Virus record (IMG/VR): IMGVR_UViG_2703718774_000012
Length of the DNA stretch: 64,000 bases
Reading direction: 5' to 3' (one strand)
Origin: a virus
Taxonomy: Duplodnaviria; Heunggongvirae; Uroviricota; Caudoviricetes
In this document: piece after piece, positions 57,701 through 64,000 of the stretch
How the letters are laid out: each line of letters begins with the position of its first letter
Numbering within the stretch: the stretch's first letter is position 1
Notes under the pieces: generated by a model
Told to the model about the DNA's origin: nothing
Seen by the model: the letters and a program-made list of their open reading frames with translations, nothing else
The model's database searches: none
Translations under genes and position numbers: made by a program

Positions 57701-57801
57701 TCGATTTCAGCAAACCACGCCGGACGCATACCCAACGGTTCCCAGGCAATACTCGCGGCTTCAATTCCACTGCAAACAGATCCATAGCACAGCTCTTTCA
57801 C
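54760..57801 (-). CDS. dmt: Dmt DNA methyltransferase: N-terminal C5-cytosine MTase (Dcm-like) fused to C-terminal N6-adenine MTase (Dam-like), with an intein inserted in the PCQ motif
   Basis: C5-MTase motifs [17 protein letters not shown]|C...QAFSIAG (split by the intein) and ENV; Dam-like [11 protein letters not shown] and [11 protein letters not shown]. Confidence 0.85.
56548..57570 (-). mobile_element. intein (341 aa) with LAGLIDADG homing-endonuclease motifs inside dmt
   Basis: Begins CFTAGHMVL, block [19 protein letters not shown] and [10 protein letters not shown], ends [21 protein letters not shown] followed by extein +1 Cys; excision would restore [12 protein letters not shown]. 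Confidence 0.85.
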
Positions 57802-58703
57802 TGCTTAGCCTCTCCGCCAAGGGCATTTACCAGAGCATCAACCAGGCACGAAATTTCACTGGTCAACAGGAAGAAATCTGCGTCCAGTCGCTGCGCAACA
57901 TCTTCACTATCAATATCAGAGTTCTGCTCAAGCAATTCATCCGCAAATTTGACGCTGGTAAGGCTGAAGTTATGGTCCAGTGTAAATTTAATGCGGTTCT
58001 GCCAGTCGAGTGCCAACTTAGTGACGAGCTTGCCAGCTTCCAGGTGTGTGGAAATTTCATCGCTTCCCAAATCCTGCTTTTTCACTCGGGCAATACCGCC
58101 ATCCTCAAGCACTGCCTTAAGTTCTGCCGCATCCCCCATTTGAAATCCCTGTGGAGCACTACCATCACGTACCCAGTCGGTCAGCGTTAATTCAATGGGA
58201 TTTTCAACACTCAGGGGAACAGCAGGAAGAGAACCCAGAGACTTACGCATAAGCGCGAGCATATCCTCTGCCTGCCGCGCGCTGGCATTGATATAGATAC
58301 GTTTAGTTGAACCGTCGTAGATCGCCTGGATAACAGAAAACTTTGAAAAAGCCCGTGGCAGAAGAGAATGCAGAACTTCGTCTTTCAGGGAGTCCTTCTC
58401 TGTTTTCTTCAGTTTACGCGCTTGTTCTTGCTCAAGTTTTTCAATTTTTTCTTGAATAGCTCGCTGGATAACCGGCGGGGGAAGAATTTTTGTTTCGCGC
58501 TTTGCTTCAACAAGGATAAAACCATTTCCATGCATAGCGATAACTTCAGAATTATCACCAAATGGCGATACAAAACCGAACTTGGCCATATCCTGACTAC
58601 CGCATGGCGTGAAAAGGATCATTTTCTTTTTATCTTCTAAGTCGGTCAGATCCGCCTCACGAGAAAGTTTATAAATAGTAATGTTTTTCCAGTGCTTAAA
58701 CAT
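57798..58703 (-). CDS. hrdC: RdgC-like recombination-associated protein (301 aa)
   Basis: [16 protein letters not shown]...[17 protein letters not shown]... closely resembles E. coli RdgC; start at internal ATG 58703 with RBS AAGGG. Confidence 0.85.
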   Translation of the reverse strand: MFKHWKNITIYKLSREADLTDLEDKKKMILFTPCGSQDMAKFGFVSPFGDNSEVIAMHGNGFILVEAKRETKILPPPVIQRAIQEKIEKLEQEQARKLKKTEKDSLKDEVLHSLLPRAFSKFSVIQAIYDGSTKRIYINASARQAEDMLALMRKSLGSLPAVPLSVENPIELTLTDWVRDGSAPQGFQMGDAAELKAVLEDGGIARVKKQDLGSDEISTHLEAGKLVTKLALDWQNRIKFTLDHNFSLTSVKFADELLEQNSDIDSEDVAQRLDADFFLLTSEISCLVDALVNALGGEAKQ

Positions 58704-59043
58704 GTTGTAACCCTTGAATATCAACCACAGAAAGCTCGTCTTTGTAGAAAAAGGCCAGGTTGTGGCACCCCCTCGTTTGAGCGTATGAGCTGGGACCAAT
58801 TTCGTTCTTCCAGACAAATGGCTTCAAATCCGTACGGCGAAGCATAAAAACGCGATTTATTCCGCTCTGATTCCCAATGAGGCAAAAGCCTTCTTTCACC
58901 TTGATAGCCTGCAAGTTGTCGAGTTCACCGCTGGTTACACGGCTATCGAACTCTTTGCGGCTTATTAGCTCCATCTGCATCTGACGACTCCAAACAAATG
59001 CCCATTGAAGGGCGATGGCTGAATGGTACCGAAAATACGACAT
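58696..59043 (-). CDS. uhr: hypothetical protein upstream of hrdC
   Basis: Track ORF 58696..59052; probable ATG at 59043; operator directly upstream. Name by synteny. Confidence 0.4.
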   Translation of the reverse strand: MSYFRYHSAIALQWAFVWSRQMQMELISRKEFDSRVTSGELDNLQAIKVKEGFCLIGNQSGINRVFMLRRTDLKPFVWKNEIGPSSYAQTRGCHNLAFFYKDELSVVDIQGLQHV

Positions 59044-59051
59044 AAAAAACA

Positions 59052-59068
59052 ATATTTATTAGAGCAAT
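59052..59068 (-). promoter_or_regulatory. C1 operator upstream of the uhr-hrdC-dmt block
   Basis: ATATTTATTAGAGCAAT, 16/17 to consensus. Confidence 0.75.
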
Positions 59069-59149
59069 TTTGCGATAAGTAAACGCCATACAGACCACAA
59101 ATAACCTAAGTTAAAATAACGAAAATCAGAGCAAATAATTGGTGATGGC

Positions 59150-59434
59150 GTGGCAAGCATTGCAACAAAAGACAGCATTTGTTCGGGGCACGGAGGATTC
59201 CCATCCAGGCCTCCTGTAGAGAGTGAACCACTACTTAAAGTCAACGGAGTCGAAGTGTTAGTTGATGGTAAGCAATATGCACAGCATACCGATGGAAACA
59301 GTACGCACGGTGGGCAAGCTATATCAACCAGGGCATGGTTTACCGTCAATGGTAAAGGGATCGTATGCGTTGGTGACCCTGTTTCATGCGGATCTACCGT
59401 AGCGTCCGGAGACGGCCTGGTTCAGGTAAGTTAG
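59150..59434 (+). CDS. PAAR-motif-like protein (94 aa)
   Basis: Gly/Cys-rich pattern SGHGGFPSRP...VNGKGIVCVGDPVSCGS typical of PAAR-type spike-tip proteins; GTG start. Confidence 0.55.
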   Translation: MASIATKDSICSGHGGFPSRPPVESEPLLKVNGVEVLVDGKQYAQHTDGNSTHGGQAISTRAWFTVNGKGIVCVGDPVSCGSTVASGDGLVQVS

Positions 59435-59442
59435 GAGATATC

Positions 59443-60231
59443 ATGCTGGAAAAAGACTACCAGTTATCCGCATATAAAAAATTGGCCGCCGCCGGTGGGA
59501 TGAAAACACCTGGTGCCATAACATCGGCACGAAACAGTGCTAACACAGCAAAACTGCTTGCAGAAGAATTGACCGGATTAATTCTGGATACAATTGTCTA
59601 TCCCGACACTATTACCAGCTATGTTTCAACGATCAGAACAACCACAACCGGCTTAACGAACATTGGAGAACTGGCAACTAAGCACGCGGACCTGTTGGCT
59701 GGTTATGCAGATCTGTCAATGCTGCTTCAACTCGATATTGGTTGGGATGTTTACTGCCGTGCTAATGAGCGAGAAGTTTCAGAACTGCCGATCTCTATTG
59801 CCATTGGTGATGTGAATATTACTAAATCGCTTGAGGACGCTGTTAACGCGCTTAATACATCAAGTTTAGTCGCTGCAATGGGGGAGATTAACCAGGCCCT
59901 TAACACTGGCTCAGAAAGCTCGTCAGGCTCTGGTTCAGGCGGCGGCACTGCCACTCCCCCACCAGCACTAACAGAAGAGCAAATTGAATCTCTGAAAGTA
60001 GCAACTGAACAGTTTGGGGTTGTTTTCAACCAGACAACAGCACCCACAACTGCGTTACAACAGCAGTATGAACGAGCGAATGAAAGCGCCAACGTAGCCA
60101 TAACTGCTTATAACCATGCTATCGGTACCGCGCTTGCGGAAGCATCAGCAAATAAGGCCAGCACAGCCAGCGCAGTCGCCGCTTTGGTTCCTGATTCTGT
60201 TCTTGATGAATTAAACAAAGCGGCACGGTAA
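59443..60231 (+). CDS. hypothetical protein (262 aa), Ser/Gly/Thr-rich linker
   Basis: Track ORF 59386..60231; start at ATG 59443 preceded by RBS AGGAGA. Confidence 0.55.
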   Translation: MLEKDYQLSAYKKLAAAGGMKTPGAITSARNSANTAKLLAEELTGLILDTIVYPDTITSYVSTIRTTTTGLTNIGELATKHADLLAGYADLSMLLQLDIGWDVYCRANEREVSELPISIAIGDVNITKSLEDAVNALNTSSLVAAMGEINQALNTGSESSSGSGSGGGTATPPPALTEEQIESLKVATEQFGVVFNQTTAPTTALQQQYERANESANVAITAYNHAIGTALAEASANKASTASAVAALVPDSVLDELNKAAR

Positions 60232-60270
60232 CAAAGGACTTCATTGATAATTTTTCTTCAGGAGGAAGAC

Positions 60271-60693
60271 ATGTCATTCTTTTCTACGTTAAAAACAGCT
60301 TTGTCTTTGAAGGAGAAACTTGCTGCTACTGGTGTTCTTGTTCTGATTTGCGCACTTGTTGGTGCTGGGTTTGCATGGGAACGTCATCAGCTAAAGCAAG
60401 CCATGGAGAAAATTGGCAGTCTTGATCAGGCTGTTAAGGAACGTGATAAGTCAATAATGGATCTTAACCAGACCATTGAGACGATGAACAAAGCAGAGCA
60501 ACATTTTCACAGCCAGGAAGTGAAAAATGAATCAGAACAAGCCAAATATGCTGACAGGCAAATGGAACGAAAAGCTGAAGTTCAGAAACAACTGGTTGCG
60601 GCGGGTAATGTTCGCCAGCGCATTCCTGCTGACACTCAGCGGTTGCTCCGGGAGTCGATCAGCGAATTTAACGCCGACGCCGACAAAGGTTAA
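60271..60693 (+). CDS. i-spanin (Rz-like) candidate: N-terminal TM helix plus coiled coil
   Basis: Start ATG 60271 with RBS GGAGGAAG; TM segment GVLVLICALVGAGFAW; overlapped by a lipoprotein ORF in another frame. Confidence 0.6.
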   Translation: MSFFSTLKTALSLKEKLAATGVLVLICALVGAGFAWERHQLKQAMEKIGSLDQAVKERDKSIMDLNQTIETMNKAEQHFHSQEVKNESEQAKYADRQMERKAEVQKQLVAAGNVRQRIPADTQRLLRESISEFNADADKG

Positions 60694-60859
60694 CCACCCT
60701 GCCCCCAAAAGTGCGTTTATGTGCAGGATGCCAGAGTTTAGCAGTGAATATTTTGATGATCTGCCAGCGTATATCCTCGATACAGAAACGATGCTGATGG
60801 GGATTAACAGGAAGAATCGCAACGTTAATGATTACAACCGCGCTATCAGCGGTAACTAA
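60527..60859 (+). CDS. o-spanin (Rz1-like) lipoprotein candidate overlapping the Rz-like gene
   Basis: Lipobox FLLTLSGC followed by Pro-rich segment TPTPTKVNHPAPK; true start uncertain (60548 or 60608). Confidence 0.55.
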   Translation: MNQNKPNMLTGKWNEKLKFRNNWLRRVMFASAFLLTLSGCSGSRSANLTPTPTKVNHPAPKSAFMCRMPEFSSEYFDDLPAYILDTETMLMGINRKNRNVNDYNRAISGN

Positions 60860-60870
60860 AAGGGATTTTT

Positions 60871-61263
60871 ATGTCTGATAAAGTAACAGTAAAGCAAACT
60901 ATCAACAAAGCGACTTCAATTTACAAAATTGAGCACATCACTGTTGGCAAGCCAGGATCTGAACAATACCGTCATGCTTTCGAGCTTGCCGATCAGCTTG
61001 GTTTAAAACACCCGGATTGCATCGAGCATGTATTTCCGACCTATGCTGATGAGCAATGTACTCATGTTCTTACCGAAGAGGATTTTTTCAGCACTGAAGA
61101 ACGAGAAGGCGTTGATCGCTGCATTGGTGTGATTTGCTCTTCAGTGAGTTATGAGTTATTCCCTAATGTCCATGAAAATGGTGGTATTGGATACCAATTC
61201 CTGTACGAAGGCGATGAGCTTAAATGTTATGAACATGGTCTTCTTATCGAAAGCGTAGAATAA
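60871..61263 (+). CDS. hypothetical protein (130 aa) upstream of the plasmid origin
   Basis: ORF track. Confidence 0.55.
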   Translation: MSDKVTVKQTINKATSIYKIEHITVGKPGSEQYRHAFELADQLGLKHPDCIEHVFPTYADEQCTHVLTEEDFFSTEEREGVDRCIGVICSSVSYELFPNVHENGGIGYQFLYEGDELKCYEHGLLIESVE

Positions 61264-61277
61264 TACCCTTCCTTCCA

Positions 61278-61301
61278 ACCGGCTATGTTGGCCGGTTTAT
61301 T
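61278..61301 (+). terminator. putative terminator hairpin
   Basis: AACCGGC-TATGTTG-GCCGGTT followed by TATT; short T-run. Confidence 0.45.
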
Positions 61302-61305
61302 CAAC

Positions 61306-61314
61306 TTATCCACA
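61306..61314 (+). promoter_or_regulatory. DnaA box
   Basis: TTATCCACA exact consensus. Confidence 0.7.
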
Positions 61315-61319
61315 GCATA

Positions 61320-61376
61320 GATCCAATAAACAGATCCTAAAGAGAACCCAGGAAGATCCAAAGAAGATCCCGGATC
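61320..61376. promoter_or_regulatory. cluster of five GATC (Dam) sites in the origin
   Basis: GATC at 61320, 61333, 61355, 61366, 61373, mostly as AGATCC; analogous to the GATC heptamer repeats of P1 oriR. Confidence 0.65.
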
Positions 61377-61416
61377 GCTGTAAGCCGCGCCATTTCTGGC
61401 CTGAAATGGGATCAAC

Positions 61417-61521
61417 ATTGACTATACGCGATTTTATGTTGACTGTGCACGATTTATTGTTGACTGCACGCGATTTATTGTTGACTATATGCGACAGAAA
61501 CATTGACTGTACGCGATTTTA
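61417..61521 (+). repeat. origin iterons: five direct repeats of about 21 bp (consensus TGTTGACTRTRCGCGATTTAT)
   Basis: Repeats at 61417, 61437, 61458, 61479, 61501, directly upstream of repA. Confidence 0.85.
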
Positions 61522-61596
61522 GAGCCTGACTATTCACAGTTGTTGATAACTGCAATCCAGATGACGCCAGGCCGCGCCACATATGGAGAAACCACG

Positions 61597-62481
61597 ATGC
61601 TGGAAGAAAATAAAGGCTTCCTTAGCGTTGAAGAAGTTGCAGGAAATACAGGAGAAATCCACAGCCTGAAACCCAATAACAATAGCACTATACAACCCAT
61701 TGCTTTGTTGCGCTTAGGTGTGTTTGTGCCAACCTTAAAATCTACCAATGTGGCACTACGTCGCGGATCGTCAGTTACTACAAACACAACGAACGCAACC
61801 GAAGAACTATCAAGCCTCAAAATTGTTGAGCAGGAAGGCTATGAGGGAATTGAAATTCATGGTCCACGCCTGGATATGGATACTGATTTTAAGGTGTGGG
61901 TGGGCATAACCTCCGCGTTGTTTGACTACGCACCTGATGATGACGGCATAATCACCCTGCCATTCTCCGAGTTTGCCGATCGATGCGGCTATCCACGTAA
62001 GCGCCTTTCAAAGGCGTTCCGTAAAAGTATTGATGACTCTCTGACACGCATTCAGCAGACAGTTGTCAAATTCCGCTTCCCGGCGGCAAAAGGTCATCTC
62101 AATAACATTAACGTCAACTTGTTGGCATATAGCAGCCTGAATACCGAGCTTGATGTTATCGAGATCCAGCCGCAGAAACAGCTATCTGAACTTTACTATG
62201 TTGACTATAAGCGAATCCTGAAGCTGAAGATGCTGGATAAGCTCGGGCGCAAAGAGACGGCCAAGGTACTGTATACATTCTTTGAGGCTCTACCCGCCAA
62301 CCCGGCACCTGTCAGCATTGAGCGCCTTAGAGCAAGGCTTAATCTCAAATCATCCGTTAGCGTGCAAAATAGCGTTATCAGAAAAGCCATGAAAGATTTG
62401 GAAGCTATTGAATATCTTAAATTTTCAGAGATAAAAAACGGCAGGAAAATCGGCTTTCAGATCCATAAGCGCAATCCATAA
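61597..62481 (+). CDS. repA: RepA plasmid replication initiator (294 aa)
   Basis: Blocks QPIALLRLGVFVP, GPRLDMDTDFKVWVGI and YTFFEALPANPAPVSIERLRARL recall P1-family RepA; start at ATG 61597 with RBS GGAGA. Confidence 0.85.
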   Translation: MLEENKGFLSVEEVAGNTGEIHSLKPNNNSTIQPIALLRLGVFVPTLKSTNVALRRGSSVTTNTTNATEELSSLKIVEQEGYEGIEIHGPRLDMDTDFKVWVGITSALFDYAPDDDGIITLPFSEFADRCGYPRKRLSKAFRKSIDDSLTRIQQTVVKFRFPAAKGHLNNINVNLLAYSSLNTELDVIEIQPQKQLSELYYVDYKRILKLKMLDKLGRKETAKVLYTFFEALPANPAPVSIERLRARLNLKSSVSVQNSVIRKAMKDLEAIEYLKFSEIKNGRKIGFQIHKRNP

Positions 62482-62484
62482 TAT

Positions 62485-62738
62485 TGACTATATGCGATAG
62501 CGAGAAGTTGACTATAGGCGACATTCGTTGACGCTGGTGGATTTTTGCTGGCGTCAATATTCTGCAAGTCGCTATTGAGATGGCTTTTAGGGTCATTTCA
62601 TCGCGTATAGTCAACGTTTCTCCCGACAATATCTTACATAGTCGATCTTTGGTGGAGTTAAATCGACTACAGTCAACTTTTGACTGTAGTCACATCGCGC
62701 ATAGTCAACTATTCACATTAACTTTCGCGCATAGTCAA
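62485..62738. repeat. incA-like iteron array downstream of repA (iterons in both orientations)
   Basis: TTGACTATATGCGATA, TTGACTATAGGCGACA, then inverted copies ...TCGCGTATAGTCAA, TCGACTACAGTCAA, TTGACTGTAGTCACATCGCGCATAGTCAA, TCGCGCATAGTCAA. Confidence 0.8.
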
Positions 62739-62773
62739 CATTTGCGCGGTTCTCATCAAGCAGTGGTATTGAT

Positions 62774-63109
62774 ATGCAAGAAGAGAAACAACACTACCTC
62801 TACGTTCTGGTGCCGGAGAACGGAGATACTTTTAAAATCGGCATTTCATGTGGTCCATTGGCACGGTTTAAAGGGCTACAAGTGAGTCCCGATTTTGCGC
62901 TTTCACGGGTCTATCGTGGTACGCGTTTGGCAATGGTTAATCTTGAGCGGGCTTTACACGCAACCTTTTTCCCCTGGAATGCGCCGTGGGAGAAAAGCGC
63001 CGGTGGCGGGCATACTGAATGGTTTACACGAGAGTGTCTTGATAAGGTTTTGGCTCATATCGAATATCTAAATGATATGTGGGGAGGGATTCTCGAGCGC
63101 ATTAAGTAG
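62774..63109 (+). CDS. GIY-YIG/T5orf172-like domain protein (111 aa)
   Basis: YLYVLVPENGDTFKIGIS...R...GGGHTEWF pattern reminiscent of T5orf172-type GIY-YIG domains. Confidence 0.5.
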   Translation: MQEEKQHYLYVLVPENGDTFKIGISCGPLARFKGLQVSPDFALSRVYRGTRLAMVNLERALHATFFPWNAPWEKSAGGGHTEWFTRECLDKVLAHIEYLNDMWGGILERIK

Positions 63110-63178
63110 AATGATTTACTTCAGCGTCCAGTAGATGCTGCTCGCTCTTTCGAAAAAGAACTGGATGTTACTTCTATC

Positions 63179-63583
63179 GTGACTTTCAAAGATGACGCAG
63201 GAATGAGGGACGTGGCTTATGTCTCCATATCTGGCTATGAACCGGACGCGATCCGCGCTCAATGTGAATTGCTGAAAGCAATGTTTATGCTTCGGACTAA
63301 ATATCCCTGGGAGACAGGGCGGGTGTGCTTCCCTATGGAAGAGTTAACCGCCACCATTGATTCTCAGCTTTACCACGATAATCCAGAGAAGTTTTTTAGC
63401 CTTTTAGCCGGTAATGGGCTTAACTGTGTGTCCGGGCTGGGGCGAAGTAGAATCCAACATGCCTCGCTCTTCGGTCCCTTCTTTTACGATCGACACGGGT
63501 ACTTTGAGGCTGAACTTCCGGCGCTTACGCGTGCTATAGATACTATCGATTTCGAACGATTATTCGCTGCTCTTAGCAAATAA
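63179..63583 (+). CDS. hypothetical protein (134 aa)
   Basis: ORF track; followed by a terminator. Confidence 0.5.
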   Translation: MTFKDDAGMRDVAYVSISGYEPDAIRAQCELLKAMFMLRTKYPWETGRVCFPMEELTATIDSQLYHDNPEKFFSLLAGNGLNCVSGLGRSRIQHASLFGPFFYDRHGYFEAELPALTRAIDTIDFERLFAALSK

Positions 63584-63590
63584 CACTGAT

Positions 63591-63612
63591 GCCCCTGAAC
63601 GGGGCTTTTTTG
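63591..63612 (+). terminator. rho-independent terminator
   Basis: GCCCC-TGAAC-GGGGC hairpin followed by TTTTTTG. Confidence 0.8.
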
Positions 63613-63698
63613 TGCCTTTCTTGTAACTCTCAATCGTGCAAAATGAACAAAACATGCAGAGAATGCCATGTACAAGCATCTACGCATACATTATTATT

Positions 63699-63738
63699 TT
63701 ATGCAGCATTTTTAATTAAATTCAAAAATACAGCATAA
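63699..63738. promoter_or_regulatory. par operator/promoter imperfect inverted repeat
   Basis: TTATGCAGCATTTTTA...CAAAAATACAGCATAA, AT-rich imperfect palindrome just upstream of parA. Confidence 0.55.
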
Positions 63739-63751
63739 AGGATGACTTTCG

Positions 63752-64000
63752 ATGAGTGATTCCAGCCAGCTTCACAAGGTTGCTCAAAGAGCAAACAGAA
63801 TGCTCAATGTTCTGACTGAACAAGTACAGTTGCAAAAGGATGAGCTACACGCGAACGAGTTTTACCAGGTCTATGCGAAAGCGGCACTGGCAAAATTGCC
63901 TCTACTGACTCGAGCGAACGTTGACTATGCCGTAAGTGAAATGGAAGAAAAGGGTTATGTTTTCGATAAACGCCCTGCTGGCTCTTCAATGAAATATGCG
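63752..64000 (+). CDS. parA: ParA partition ATPase, N-terminal 83 codons; continues beyond window end
   Basis: Manual translation MSDSSQLHKVAQRANRMLNVLTEQVQLQKDELHANEFYQVYAKAALAKLP... matches recalled P1 ParA N-terminus; not in ORF track because it has no in-window stop. Confidence 0.88.
   Translation, partial: MSDSSQLHKVAQRANRMLNVLTEQVQLQKDELHANEFYQVYAKAALAKLPLLTRANVDYAVSEMEEKGYVFDKRPAGSSMKYA

Noticed and set aside
61417-62738. Regular direct repeats that could be mistaken for a CRISPR array
   Set aside because: Repeats are about 21 bp, abut each other without unique spacers, flank repA and occur in both orientations; these are plasmid iterons.

Overview
This window is a P1-like temperate phage-plasmid, shown in the opposite orientation to the conventional P1 map. 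Anchors read directly from the sequence: an exact 34-bp loxP (23064-23097), Cre, C1 repressor and Coi, PacA/PacB with the TGATCA-hexamer pac site, Lpa, the Phd-Doc addiction module, HumD with a LexA box, Ref, SSB, the SAR endolysin Lyz, the 2255-codon DarB frame, Ban (DnaB-like helicase), a tRNA cluster, Dmt (Dcm-like plus Dam-like methyltransferase), HrdC, and a RepA-iteron origin followed by the start of parA. Gene names rest on recalled P1 protein sequences and synteny; no database search was possible. About a dozen 17-bp C1 operator-like sites are scattered through the window. Departures from canonical P1 that deserve a second look: (1) a low-GC single gene for a SIR2-like protein sits where P1 carries its res/mod restriction genes; (2) dmt carries a 341-aa intein with LAGLIDADG motifs inserted at the catalytic PCQ motif of its cytosine-methyltransferase domain; (3) darB has a single in-frame TAA at codon 163; (4) conserved hairpin elements with compensatory stem changes flank the tRNA genes; (5) a TnpB-like ORF runs off the left edge; (6) small cargo-like genes sit next to cre, between phd and humD, and between the iterons and parA. 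No CRISPR array or rRNA is present.
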